Source: Octopus sinensis (lineage: Eukaryota). Taken from it: a stretch of 64,000 nt of DNA. The stretch is taken from positions 104,904,001 through 104,968,000 of the forward strand of contig NC_042997.1 of assembly GCF_006345805.1 (NCBI RefSeq), read 5' to 3'. Positions within the stretch are counted from its first letter, which is position 1; each line of letters starts with the position of its first letter. A program made the translations under genes and the position numbers. Of this stretch, positions 12,107 through 26,037 are shown in pieces. The notes under the pieces were generated by a model. It was not told the origin of the DNA and did no database searches. It saw nothing but the letters and a program-made list of their open reading frames with translations.

Positions 12107-12831
12107 TATTTGTATGTATGTATGTATGTATGTATGTATGTATGTATGTATGTATGTATGTATGTATGTATGTATGTGTGTGTGTATAAGTATATATTCA
12201 GAGTGAGTAGGTAGTATGTGCTATAGAAACCATTGGTTCATATGCTACTAAAAGATCTTCCTGAATATATGCTAAATATTTTCTTAAATGGACCGATAGA
12301 TAAAAGTTGTGATAGGTCAAAAACGTCTTGAGTACAGAGAGAGATAGGGAGAGAGTGAAAGAAAGAGCATGACGGTGTGTATGGTAAACATCTAAAGATA
12401 TTCTGAAGTGTGCAGTAGGAAGTAAGCTATTGACGACTTTATACAAGATACTTCAATTCAAAATTTACTTCCGTCCTTGCGATGTCGCTTGACCTTTCCT
12501 GCGAGTGCCTTCACACATGAATGGGTTCTCCGACCATGCTCAAGGCACAAGTGAGTTGGAAGATGAAAAAGCTAACTTTTGATGCCAACCCGCATGTGAC
12601 CAACCCTGTTGCTATCATACATTCTTTGTTTTAAAGTGATTTAAATGAAAATATTCCATAAAAAATTCATGTTCTATACATCAGCTTGGTGAAGATTAAA
12701 TCATTTCACCTTCAAGTTTATTTCTATTGATTTTCAATAGAAATCACAATCGTCTCTGTAAGTTCAGACGTTTCGTAAACAAATGCGTCTAGGTAAACAA
12801 TGTAACAGAAGATAGTAAAAATAGGTAGTAG

Positions 12832-13160
12832 TGAAGGCAGGCACGTGGTTTAGTGGTTAGGGTATTCGGCTAACGATCGCAAGGTCGTGAGTTCAATTCC
12901 TGGTGACACTGTGTGTCTTTGAGCAAGACACTTTATTTCGCGTTGCTCCAGTCCACTCAGCTGGCAAAATTGAGTAGTACTTGTATTTGAAAGGGCCCGC
13001 TTTGTCATACGTGTGCCTCGGTGAGTCTTCCCGAGAACTACGTTAAGGGTACAAATGTCTATGCAGTGCTCAAGCACATGCACATTAATTTCACGAACAG
13101 GCTGTTCCGTGGATCGAATCAATTGGAACCCCCGTTGTCGTAGCCGACGAAGTGCCAGCA
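12832..13160 (+). mobile_element. SINE family D, full length
   Basis: tRNA head TAGTGGTTAGGG...GAGTTCAATTCC and CORE-like TGTGTCTTTGAGCAAGACACTT; matches the copy at 62242. Confidence 0.85.
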
Positions 13161-13174
13161 TATGTATATTCCAG

Positions 13175-13545
13175 AGGTTCTTTTATTGTTTTACTTGTTT
13201 CAGTCATTTGACTGCGGCCATGCTGGAGCACCGCATTTAGTCGCGCAAATTGACACCAGGACTTATTCTTTGGAAGCCTAGTACTTATTCTATCAGTCTC
13301 TGCTGCCGAACCGCTAAGTGACGAGGACGTAAACACAACAGCATCGGTTGTCAAGCGATGTTGGGGGGACAAACACAAACACACAAACATATACATACAC
13401 ATACATATATATATATACATATATACAACGGGCTTCTTTCAGTTTCCGTCCACCGAATACATTCACAAGGCTTTGGTCGGCCCGAGGCTATAGTAAAAGA
13501 CACTTGCCCAAAGTTCCACGCAGTGGAAATGAACCCGGAGAATGC
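13175..13545 (-). mobile_element. SINE family A
   Basis: Reverse complement aligns to 41300-41712. Confidence 0.85.
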
Positions 13546-13747
13546 GTGGCTATGTGGCAAGAAGTTTGCTTTCCAACTGTTTGGTTCCAGGTTCATTTCC
13601 ACTACGTGGAATCCTGGGCAGGTATCTTCTATAATACCTTCGGGCCGACCAAAGCCTTGTGGGTAGATTTGGCATATGGAAACTGAAAGTAGCCTGTCGT
13701 ATCTATGTATATAGTTATATTTATATATATGGTGTGTGTGTGTTTGC

Positions 13748-13810
<63 letters not shown>

Positions 13811-14015
13811 GTGCATGTATTTGTCCTTCACCATCGTTTGACAACGAATGTTGATGTCTTAACATTAGCGGTTCGGCAAAAGAGAACGATAGAATAAGTA
13901 CCACGCTTTGCAAAAATGTAATAAGTACTAATGTCGATAAGCTCGTTTAAAATTCTTCAATGTTGTTTCCCAGCAGAGGCGCAGTCTAATGAATAAAACA
14001 TAGAAGAAATAAAAG
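13545..14015 (+). mobile_element. SINE family A, older copy with expanded (TG)n
   Basis: Diverged head, internal (TG)n and body AGCGGTTCGGCAAAAGAG..CGATAGAATAAGTAC. Confidence 0.75.
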
Positions 14016-14184
14016 AAATCAAGAAGAGAGAAACTGAAGAGTGAAAACATCACACTGCTAACACACGATAAGACAAAATATTGACTTGTAAACCTCTAAT
14101 ATACTTGGAAACACATTACGGTTCCGAAACGAAATACTGCGGCGTTGACAGCAATTAGATAATGAGTAAATCTACTGAATTTAT

Positions 14185-14566
14185 ATTTTATTCTATTACT
14201 TCTTTCAGTCATTTGACCGGCCATGCTACTGCACCGTCCCGAAGGACTCCAGGATGTTTTTTCTTAAAAAAGCCTAGTATTTATTCTATCGATCACTTAT
14301 GCGGAACCGCTAAGTTAGGGGGGACGGAAACACACCAACACCGGTTTTCAAGTGGTTATGGGGCACAAACACGAATACACACACACACATGCATCTATAT
14401 ATACGACAGGCTTCTTTCAGTTTCCGTCCACCAACTCCACTCACAAGACTGTGTTAGACCTGAGCTATAGAAGAAGGCACTAACCGATGGTGCCTCGCTG
14501 TGAAAATAAACCTGGAACCATGTTGTTGGGAAGCCAGCTTCTCACCATACAGCCACGCCTGTGCCT
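14185..14566 (-). mobile_element. SINE family A, diverged
   Basis: Reverse complement aligns to the family A head and body. Confidence 0.75.
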
Positions 14567-15083
14567 ATAATTCTTTATTATTTGACGAATTTATTGAAAT
14601 ACAAGCATTATCATAATGAGATTGTATGACAGTGAAAGGGTTACAATGTCAAACACCAGTTTATGCAGCTGTTTATCCTTTTATACGTCTAAACACGCAT
14701 GAATATTCTGTCTTTTGAAATTGTAGGAAATCCGCTCTAATAACAAATCGGGTCTTAACCGAGAAACAAAGAACAAGTCACCTTCATTGGAATTTATGAG
14801 TATGCATGGGATGTGGTCATTTTTTTTCTATACTGTTCAGCAGGTTTGTGGCTGAAACAATGCGACAACCAAAGGCTCTCTAAAGACATTACTTAAATCT
14901 CATATAAATCGTATCGATGTCGCGGTTAATGTGAGAATTGCCAGTGGTGGTCAGTACCTTTCTGGTTTTGATATCTAGGCTGCATATCTCATTGAGATAT
15001 ATGTATGTATGTATATATTATGTATGCATGTACATGTATTTCCTCTCTTTCTCTCTCTCTCTCACTCCTTGTATATATATCTA

Positions 15084-15166
<83 letters not shown>

Positions 15167-15168
15167 TA

Positions 15169-15214
<46 letters not shown>

Positions 15215-15219
15215 ATATC

Positions 15220-15258
<39 letters not shown>

Positions 15259-15360
15259 GACGTTGAAAGTTTTAAAAGGCCAAACAAGGCAAATAAATTT
15301 TAAGATGAGGTAACGTAAACTAAAAGTAAGTTATCTGGTAATCTTTGGTCGTATATGTAT

Positions 15361-15396
15361 CCAATATTTCGGGACATACAAGTCCCTTCTTCAGGG
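15361..15396 (-). ncRNA. Minimal type-I hammerhead ribozyme-like motif (PLE-type)
   Basis: Minus strand reads CC-CTGAAGA-A-GGGAC-TTGTAT-GTCCC-GAAA-TATT-GG: intact CUGANGA and GAAA boxes, a 5-bp stem II and palindromic AATATT in place of stem III. Confidence 0.6.
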
Positions 15397-15419
15397 TTAA
15401 AAAGGAACCATCCTTGGAA

Positions 15420-15478
15420 AGATGTTTCTTGTCGGTGACAAAATAATAGAATTATTTTATCTCCGACAAGAAAATCTA
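15420..15478. repeat. Imperfect hairpin next to the hammerhead motif
   Basis: AGAT.TTTCTTGTCGG.GA.AAAATAAT pairs with ATTATTTT.TC.CCGACAAGAAAATCT. Confidence 0.7.
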
Positions 15479-15705
15479 TATATATATATATATATTTATA
15501 TATAAGAGCGGGCGTGGCTGTGTGCTAAGAAGGTTTGGCCAGTGTCTTCTAATATAGCCTTGGGCCGACTAAAGCCGTGTTATTGGATTTAGTTGACAGA
15601 AACTGAAAGAAGTCTGTCCTATATAAGTATGTATGTATGTATGTATGTATGTATGTATGTATGTATGTATGTGTATGTATGTATGTATGTATGGGTGTAT
15701 GTATA

Positions 15706-15741
<36 letters not shown>

Positions 15742-15743
15742 GT

Positions 15744-16037
15744 GGAGACGCAATGGCCCAGTGGTTAGGGCAGCGGACTTGCGGTTATAGGATCGCGGTT
15801 TCGATTCCCAGACCGGGCGCTGTGGGTGTTTATTGAGCGAAAACACCTAAAGCTCCACGAGCCTCCGGCAGTGGTGAAGTGGGGTGATCCCTGCTGTACT
15901 CTTTCGCCGCAACTCTCTCTCGCTCTTTCTCCTGTTGGCCTACTCGCTTAACCAGCAGGATTACGTCATTTGAAGGCTAAAACAATGCAAAGAGCATTGT
16001 GACCAGCGATGTGTAGCAACATCTGATAGCCTGGTCG
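15744..16037 (+). mobile_element. SINE family C, full length (tRNA-derived head)
   Basis: TGGCCCAGTGGTTAGGGCAGCGGACTTGCGG...GGTTTCGATTCCC, body AACACCTAAAGCTCCACG, and 3' tandem (CACGGTGAT)2. Confidence 0.85.
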
Positions 16038-17290
16038 GTCACGGTGATCACGGTGATATATATATATATATATTTGTGTGTGTGTGTATATTATATATAT
16101 ATATATATGTATTCTTAAAGGCTAGAATTTATACACGGTATAAATATGTTATTTTTACCTCATGTATCTCAGACAAAGCGACCTCCGGCTCCATGAATAT
16201 TGTGGAACATAATCTGAAGTAGCCACCATCCTCAATATTATTGCACCAGTAATCAAAAACGTCATAGTGTCCCTCTATTATAAATGCCTATTTCTGAAGA
16301 GTAAATATTATTAGTAATACTAGTTCTCGTTTTCTTTTTCAAGATCCTTCACTTAGTAAAAACTCTATCAAGTCGTTTACTTAATGCAGTTAAACTCACA
16401 CCATTATATTGTTCCTTTAGTTACTCACCACAAATTCTTTCTAATTTTGTTACAAGGGCAGGGTGTGCATTGATTACATCGACCCCCGTAAAGGCAAAAA
16501 TGACCGCGGAATTTGAACTCAATATTTAAACATTTTGGAAGAATTGCTGCTAAGCAATTTGCACGACGCGTAACGATTGTGCAACCTCGCCAACTGGAAG
16601 AATTAACATTTGTTCGGTTATTTGTCTATCCGCAACCAAGAAGAATCTGAACTTAATTGGAAACAGTCTCTCTCATTTTCAGAATAGAGAAATTTAACAA
16701 ATACAATAATTTCTAAAACAAGTTGTAATGCATTGATCAACGAAACAACAATTACACTTTGTATTTGAGATTTTTGACAAGTTTAACAGCTGTGATCATT
16801 AATGAAAGCAAATATATCTACAGAATTATAAATAAATATATCGAATAGATAAACCGATTTTACACCCTATTTTACCATAGATATAAAAGCAGCCATAGAA
16901 ACTCCTACACTTCACAGTCAGTATCTTTATAAATATTGCACCAAAACCATTGTTTTGGTGCAATATTCGTGCCTATATGTTCATACAGTATAAATATTGT
17001 ACGGGCATAAATTCTATGCAATTTGAGTCTAACGTATAATTCGCGCTATGAAAATAGAAAGTATCGACATACGCGCACACGCGCGCGTGTGTGAGTGTAA
17101 ATGCATTTTCATACGAATCGATCTGTATCATTGTACACATAAAAGGCTCCCTTCGCAACCGCATAGTGTCGGGTTCAGTCCCAGAGCAAACATGGCACCT
17201 TGAGCAAGCGTATTCCACTATAGTCTCCAACCTGACAATGACTAGCAATGCATTTGGTTGGCGAAAACTATATGGCATCCTATCATATAA

Positions 17291-17321
<31 letters not shown>

Positions 17322-17332
17322 TATGTATAATG

Positions 17333-17384
<52 letters not shown>

Positions 17385-17402
17385 CATACACACACACACA
17401 CG

Positions 17403-17444
<42 letters not shown>

Positions 17445-18206
17445 CACGTACACATGCATGCATACGTACTTCCATATATACGTAGACGTATGCACATTGC
17501 ACACTCACACAGACAGGAGAGTGTGTCTCTATAATATGAAAGATCTATCGGAAATACATCCGTCTCATTTTCAAAGTGACAGATAAAACAACAAAAATGG
17601 CAAGTAACTAATTTAATTCATATTAAATCAACACAGTTATCGGCTTTCAGACTTATTAATTTAACTTCTTAAAACGGTCAGTAAAGGATATGAAATCAAA
17701 TACATCATACGTGAAGGAGGAAATAAAGTTATCGACTAGCCGCTGTACATTACTAAGCATTACATAAAGAGTGTCCTATATATGAAGAATGTAATGCGAA
17801 AGTTTCAGGGTCATTCAATTCATAAATATATCGTACGAATCTGAAATAGAATCTGAAGCTTTCATCATGTAGTTGCTTATTAAATATAGTAAATCCTCAA
17901 AAACAAATTAGCAGCTAAAATAATTTTAATTTATGTATTGGTACTAGACTGAGAGAGGAGACGTATTACAGAATGTCTAAAAAAGTGAGAGGGTTTTCAC
18001 TGAAAAATAAATGACACGCACATATACACTGCTCTAAAAGAAAACGTAAGACGTATTTTCTCGTAGAACATATTTACAAATGTAATGTGTGTGTGAGTGC
18101 ATATGTACTTTAAATGATGGTTATTATCTTAAAAAGAAGTTTGAATAACAGAATTTTTACTGATGGTAAGACTCGATAGAGTGAAATCAAAATTTATGAT
18201 ACATAC

Positions 18207-18508
18207 GCGGGTTCAAGTTGATCCGATTAACGAAACAACCTGAGCACTCCACAGACACATGTACCCTTAACGCAGCTCTCGGGAAGATTCAGCGTGACAC
18301 AGAGTGTGACAAGGCTGGCCCTTTGAAATATAGGTGCAACAAAATGAGAGAAGGTTGTAGTGAAAGAGTACAGTAGGTTTCGCTATCATCCCCAGCCTGC
18401 CGGAACCTTGTGGAGCTTTAGGTCACTTCGCTCAATAAACACTCACAACACCCGGTCTGGAAATCGAAACTGCAATGCTTCGAGCGCGAGTCCGCTTCCC
18501 TAACCACT
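18207..18508 (-). mobile_element. Chimeric SINE: C head plus D tail (second copy)
   Basis: Same architecture and junction region as 7136-7500. Confidence 0.75.
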
Positions 18509-18529
18509 GTATTTATGATAGCATATATA

Positions 18530-18888
18530 TATTGTCGTATTTTGGGATGATCATTTTTTTTTTTTGCCCAATAAACACGTGCATTATGTTTTTTTCACTC
18601 GTTTATTATAGTTCTTATTTTATTATTTCAACTCATGTCCATTGTCCAGAAATTTTTCGTCACACACATGTGACCTCGTGAGCGACACTTTTCCTTTTCG
18701 TGTGTGTTTTTGCTCCATTACTCCATGGGAATGGACATCTGTTAAAATAAGAACAGTGATAAACGAGTGAAGAAAATAAATATATATAGTGCGTGTGTTT
18801 AAGTGGCAAAAAAAAAAAAGCGACTATCCCGAAATCAACAATATCTGTTTCAACACACGATTTCACATCAGCAATCTTGCAAAACGAA

Positions 18889-18892
<4 letters not shown>
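18530..18892. mobile_element. pLTR-derived foldback element with a decayed hammerhead
   Basis: Arm ~18530-18643 is the diverged reverse complement of ~18728-18843. The right arm and tail match 5185-5288 and 20490-20600. A hammerhead-like motif lies on the minus strand at 18644-18686. Confidence 0.7.
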
Positions 18893-18955
<63 letters not shown>

Positions 18956-18983
18956 AAACACACACACATATGTATAAACATAC

Positions 18984-19029
<46 letters not shown>

Positions 19030-19519
19030 GCATGTTTATATATATGTGTGTGTGTTTAACAATATATATATATATGTATCCATTTACATGCATAGATATG
19101 TTTATATGTGTGTGTGCATGTGTGTGTGTGTGTGTGTGCGCGTGTGTGTATTTAAGCCTGTGTTTAACAATATATCTTGTTAATTATATGTTTAGAATAT
19201 CTGAAGAACCTGCTAAACATGTCAGTTAAACAACATATTATTTAACTACCAGCGATATTTAGAACACCCAAACGTAATAAACACCTCGCATTGAGATTTT
19301 TTGCCAAGTTCAACAGCTGTAATTATTAATAAAGCATACTGCCAGACACACACACACACACAAACACGGCTTTTACTTTTCTACTAAGCCGATGGTTTTA
19401 AGTTTACTTCGGTTTCTATTTTTGTAATTTTTCTCGTATTTTCACTGTTTCTAATTTCTGTTAACAGGAAAGCAGCGAAAAAGGAAAAAAAAAATTATGA
19501 AGGGATATATATACATTCG

Positions 19520-19917
<398 letters not shown>

Positions 19918-19920
<3 letters not shown>

Positions 19921-20013
19921 CATCAACTCTCTCCACCCTAACATCATTTTAGGTGTCATTCTGTGTTTTTCTCTGTCTTACCGAATGAATGTCTATTGGT
20001 GCCTATATGTAAA
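19918..20013 (+). repeat. ~95-bp copy of the unique sequence at 21110-21205
   Basis: Identical apart from a 1-nt indel (CTCCACCTA vs CTCCACCCTA). Confidence 0.9.
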
Positions 20014-20088
20014 AGTTGCCACGCAGTGGATTGGAACCCTAACTATGTGATTGTGAAACAAGCTTCTTACCACTCAGCCACTTTTGCG

Positions 20089-20124
<36 letters not shown>

Positions 20125-20393
20125 GTCAACAAAATTATATTAAATTAAATACAAAAAAAAGAAAGAACAAAAAAATAAGTAGGTATAAACACATGAACAA
20201 AATAAATAAAAGCAAATTAAACGAACGTGAATAAATAAGGGATACAGATAATACAGACACCCCACACACACACGCTCTTACTAAACATATACACACATAG
20301 GGTTATACGCATGCGCAAATAAAGACACAGTAGGAATACAAAATACAACATGGCTAGTAAGGAAGACACACAAATAAGAAAGAAGAAAGCAAA

Positions 20394-20438
20394 GGACCAC
20401 TGCTGACGTCACAGAAGTGTGACGAAAGAACTCTGGCC
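20394..20438 (+). ncRNA. Minimal type-I hammerhead ribozyme-like motif in a pLTR
   Basis: GGACCA-CTGCTGA-C-GTCACA-GAAG-TGTGAC-GAAA-GAAC-TC-TGGCC: stem I CCA/TGG, a 6-bp stem II and a UC cleavage dinucleotide. One core deviation (A6 to C). Confidence 0.6.
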
Positions 20439-20600
20439 GAAATACGATTAATGTAAAAAAGAAAATTAAGCTGAAACAAATTAACACCAAATATACAGTG
20501 CGTGTTTTTTTATTGGCTAAACTGGCAACATGACCATCCCCAAATACAACAATATATGTTTCAACACACGATTTCACATCAAGAATTTTGCAAAATGAAT
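20394..20600 (+). mobile_element. Solo PLE pLTR-like segment
   Basis: Closely matches 5099-5290, which lies downstream of the PLE ORF. Confidence 0.75.
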
Positions 20601-20642
20601 ATATATATATATATATATATAGCTAGCTAGATAGATAGATAT

Positions 20643-20729
<87 letters not shown>

Positions 20730-20745
20730 GTTTGATAGATAGAAA

Positions 20746-20783
<38 letters not shown>

Positions 20784-21260
20784 TGCCTGTGTTTTTGTTT
20801 ACGCATTTGTATGTCTGTTTGTACATAAATTCATGTACATACATTTTCATACAGACATTCCAGTATACTTGAAATTAAATATTACAACATAGGATGTTAT
20901 TAATTGTGAAAAATACTCCTTCGGCAATAAGCAGCATGTCTGCCGAACTTCCGTTTTAGGCTTCAAGTCAACGTCGTATAAAACGTGTGGGAATTGCGGT
21001 CAAAGCTAAGGAAATCTACCTCAATACTATCCATATATCATGATGCCAATGCAGAAGTCAACTAATGCGTTGCTTATTGGCTCTCACATAATTTCTGGCT
21101 TCTGACTTTTGACATCAACTCTCTCCACCCTAACATCATTTTAGGTGTCATTCTGTGTTTTTCTCTGTCTTACCGAATGAATGTCTATTGGTGCCTATAT
21201 GTAAATTATATATGTATGTAATTATGTATATATGCATGCTTATAAATGTGTGTATATGTG

Positions 21261-21341
<81 letters not shown>

Positions 21342-21344
21342 TAA

Positions 21345-21381
<37 letters not shown>

Positions 21382-23880
21382 CAGTTAGTATATCTGAACT
21401 TATTCTTATTCTGTTTTTATTTATGTAACTGTAAGGCTTCTCATCCTGTATTACTCATCATCCGTTTCTTTTCTATTGGATAATTCCCACATGTAGCTTT
21501 CTCTCCCTACACGTCTCTCTGTCTTTGTAACTAATCAGAGATTCTTACAAGTTTTCTTGCCTATTTTTCCTAATACTCGAAACTCGAACTAACGATTTCT
21601 GAAGATTCACTCTAAGTATATCAGTTTCTCTCGAATTAACGATTGCGCTCCACCCAGCAGATAAAAAGAGATCACCAAATCTTGTAGTCCAGATAGCAAA
21701 TTGCAAATAACACTGGAAGAGAACACAACTGACAGAACCATTGAGGTTGCTGGTCTCTGATGTAATTCACAATATATCTAGTGTAAAGGCAAACGAACTA
21801 TGTTAGAATGGTACACTCTGCATACAAATGACAGGATGTAATGTTCGTTCAAATCAAAAAAATTATTGAGGTTTCAAATTGCCCATTTACACCAACATTT
21901 TACCCTGTAGAATAATGACCTTGTGAAAACTTAGTGCCGATAAATGTTAGGCTTTACAGTTTACATTTTGACCATAGGTTCAAACACTATGTCGGTAAAT
22001 CTATATTCAAAATTTCTTCTTAAGGCAGAAAGTGTATTACATACACGAAGAAGTATTTTGTTCCTAATTTGCGAAGAATTTTTATTTTATCCATTAATAT
22101 GCAATGTATATGAAAACGAAATATCAGTTTAGGTAAGTAAATACGTTGTGTGTGTATGACTGGGTATGAGAGTGTATATGTGCGTGGCTGTCTGTGTGTG
22201 CGCATGTGTATCGTATGGGGTTACGTAAGAAGTCAGTTTGCAACCACGTGGGTCGAAGTTCGTTCTCATGCCGTGGCATCTTGGCATGATGTGATTAGCT
22301 GTTACCTCTTGAGTGAAACTGAGTAGGCGGAAACTGTATCGAAGCTGCATAGATTATAACTGTAATTCAAAGCTACGACCTTGTCGCACACCTTTGGAAG
22401 CAAATGATTCTGCGTGTGTGTTAAGTTGAGGGTACACGTAACCCTGGGGTACTTAGCCATTTATACCCTGATTAAGTAATTCTGTAGACCAAACAACTGA
22501 ATACTGGTTCTTAATTGACGGAGATCATCCATCTGTATAAATATTTAAATATTTTACTTGTTCCTGTCATCGCCTTCAAAGGTTTAGTCCAACAAATCCA
22601 CCACAGTATATATATTTTTAAGCTGGGATTTATTCTACCGATCAGTTTTACCTAAACAAACAAACAACGTTTGGTACAAACTCTAGGACATGCTCATATA
22701 TATACATGTGTATGAGTGTGTGTCTGTGTGTGTGGGTGCGTGTGTGTGCGTGTGTGTGTGCGAGCGAGGACACCAATGATAGTTAAGGTTGTTCATTATT
22801 TCCAATTGACAATCGGTCGTTTGAGTAAGCGGAACCATGAACGCACCAATAATGTATATCAGAAACAGCTGGGAGTCTAAGATGTACAAACAAATAAAAT
22901 GTAAAGCCTATTATTTATATTTTTCCTAGTATATCACTCTATGAAAAAGACCAGGTTAACTGCAATGATGGATTCATAAAATCGACTGTTGATGGACTTC
23001 AACTTCTGATCATGCCTAAGTATTACCTCGAGTTTTATACCATCTGGAAACGTTTTGTTAACATGATGTATTTGTGTTAGCAGAGCGCATGTGAAGTATT
23101 TTTCCCGTATTGATAATTCCTTATCAATAATTCTTTATGTGAGTATTTGTGTGTGCTTGCGTGTGTGTTTACGACGAACTGCTTTTAGTTTCCGCATACA
23201 AATTCCAGCCATAAGTCTTGTTTGACGAGAGGTTATAGTAGAAAGTATTTGCCCAAGTTGGCTCATAGTGAGACTAAAAATGAAGCCACGTGGTTGGGAA
23301 GCAAGCTTTTTATCACAAAACCATGCCTTGCAAATTTTGTTGAAGTTGTTTAGAAATAGGTAAGAACTATGCCACGCTAAAAACTTTCTATAAATAATAT
23401 TCATTTAGGTTTTAAAATTATCTATAGAATGCCTTAAAAGGAAGCCTTTTGAGAGAAACCTTAGAATGTATATACTAAAACGTTTACTCAATAAATATGA
23501 TAAAAGTAACGGTTGAAATATATCTTATAGCCTACGTCTGAAAAATTATGCGTAATTCAGAATTTTAAAAGAAACTCCTTCAGTAAATAAAACTGGATTG
23601 TTCTTTGTACCAATCTTAATGAGCATACATTTTGCGTTCATCATTTGAATTATATGCATTTGGGTTGTTCAAATGCTTAAATGTGTGCACCTCTACTATT
23701 ACCCTAAAGTATACGGAAATTTATATAGATAATTTGATTGAAAATCACATACATTACAATAACAAGCGTTATAACAAAACTTGTGGGATAAAAACCTAAA
23801 TTTTACAATGTAATCCCTTCTGTTATACATCTGTAAATAGTGTTACATATAAGTCTCGTATCTAGTGCATCAAATCGTAC

Positions 23881-23920
<40 letters not shown>

Positions 23921-23944
23921 GTCTGTGCGTGTTGTGTATATGTA

Positions 23945-23996
<52 letters not shown>

Positions 23997-25554
23997 ACAC
24001 ACACACACACACACAAACACATATCTCTGTGTGTTGTGTATATGTATTCATATATATATATATATATATATATAATTTGTCTGTTCTTTTAGCAAACTAT
24101 TCTCATTTAAGCAGAATTGATGTGGGAACTATTTCAGGTTTCCTACTCGAAAAATTCAATGATCGGCCGCAGTTATTTAAGGCGTATAATGTATCTGGTT
24201 TTCATGCAGACTCGTATATCATAGCTACTCAATGACTATATTTGAGAGAAAACGTAATCAAAGAAAAATATATTTTAAGAGATAAGATGTTAACTGTTTT
24301 CTTGATACCTAGGTTATTGAGCTTTAATTTGAACATGAAGATTGATATCGTAAATAAATGTCTTGCATCGTGTGTAAGACTATATTTAATACTGAATGAG
24401 TAATATATTGAAGATTGGTGAAATATATTTTATCTTTTTGAATATAGTGTTGCTTTGAGTTTTCAAGCTAGTAGCGTGGCATTGAGAGGATATTGAGATC
24501 CATGACTAATAAGGATTTTTTGTATGGGAGAATGGATGTGTATCAAAGCCGGTGAGAGAAGCGTCCTCGAGATAGATGCATCGACAGATAGTCATACATA
24601 AAAATATAGATTATCGTAATTATGTACATGTGCATGTGGGTGTATTAGTGTGTGATTGTGTGAGTGTGTGTGCATGGATAGTATACTATTGTGTATAGGT
24701 TGCGTGTGAAGTGGAGGTATATGTGTATGGTTCTCTTGTATCCAAGATCTTAACATCAAAAAATTAATGTCAAATTTTCTAACATATATGGAAATAAAGG
24801 ATATATAATTATATAGACTTACATTAATATAAGCATGCATGTTTATAGACATGCATGGACATGTGGTTTGCCTGTATCTCTACCTAACTATCTATCTATC
24901 GACCGATCTAACCGTCTGCCTTTCTTTTTTTCTCTCTTTCTTACTTTTTATCTATCTTTTTATATATGTGTGTGTATAAACATACATAAATGTAATCATG
25001 TATGGGTATATATATATATATATATATATATACAGAGAGAGAGAGGTGTGTGTGTGTGTGCTTGTAAGTGTGTAACTGTGTGTGTATGCCTGTGTATGTA
25101 TTTATGTGTGTATATATTTATGCACATATTTTACTTTCAACCTGACATTAATTAAGGTAGCCGTCTTACTATATTTAATCACGATGGCTGAATCCAATTA
25201 CTTTAATATATTCAAACTCATGTCACTAAAGAATGAAAGAAGTAATGTTAAAGAGAAAATTAAACCAAACAACAAAACAAATATATAAACAAAACAAAAA
25301 TACATATACACTAAACTTTAGTGTGAAAGTCTGTGGCAGGCGGGGAGGAAAACATAGTATGATGTTTACCATGAAATAAGCCAACAAACAATAAACGAAC
25401 TAAACGTGTAGATGAAATTGCTTAACCTAGTCAAGGAAATGATTTACAAACACGAGCTCACTGTTGAAATTTCTGGTTCACTACACCTAATCGAGATTTT
25501 CCTATGGTTGTTTTAGTTCGTTTTTTTTTTTTTTTTTTTTGTTTTGTTTTTCAG

Positions 25555-25648
25555 CTACGATTGCTGTTGGTGTTTGTCTGTGTTTGAATTTGTCCGTGTC
25601 TCTGTGTATGTGTATATGTATTGCTTGCTTTGATGACTCTGTGTCTCG
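25555..25648 (+). other. Candidate 94-nt exon (possibly UTR or lncRNA)
   Basis: Preceded by a ~30-nt poly-T tract ending TTTTCAG and followed by GTAAGT, in a TE-poor stretch. No protein similarity recognised. Confidence 0.3.
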
Positions 25649-25838
25649 GTAAGTATGTAATTCATTAGTAAACATCAATGTTAAAGGAAATCAACTGGTC
25701 TTGTATTTTAGTTAAAAATTTTACGATGGCTGTATCGTTTAGTTACAAAAACAGGCAAATTTTATTTCGCTGGCTTTTCAAATTTTGTTTTGTGTTTTTT
25801 TTACATTCTAGGTGTTTTACATATAACATAACTTATTT

Positions 25839-25870
<32 letters not shown>

Positions 25871-26037
25871 TTTGTTCGATAGTGAATTTATACTGAAGAG
25901 TTGCTTGTATAATAGAAAGTAGGTACTGTTTTTTTAAAGGCTGGTGTTTAAGGAATCTGAAATAAACATTTTCCGGTGTGACCTGCCAAAATACATCTTA
26001 TACAGATCTATTCATTGCAAGCATTGTTTCCTACATG

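Noticed and set aside
15744-15820. tRNA gene (also 12840, 19847, 40190-40255, 62250)
   Set aside because: These are SINE heads continuing into SINE bodies; no complete cloverleaf with acceptor stem and terminator was seen.
16932-16967. 16-bp-arm perfect hairpin as a terminator or miRNA
   Set aside because: It is too short for a pre-miRNA, bacterial terminators are irrelevant here, and no conserved miRNA mature sequence that I recall was seen anywhere in the window.
24130-24570. Possible CR1/L2 LINE 3' relic (similar weak signal at 6480-6790)
   Set aside because: No diagnostic motif could be read.
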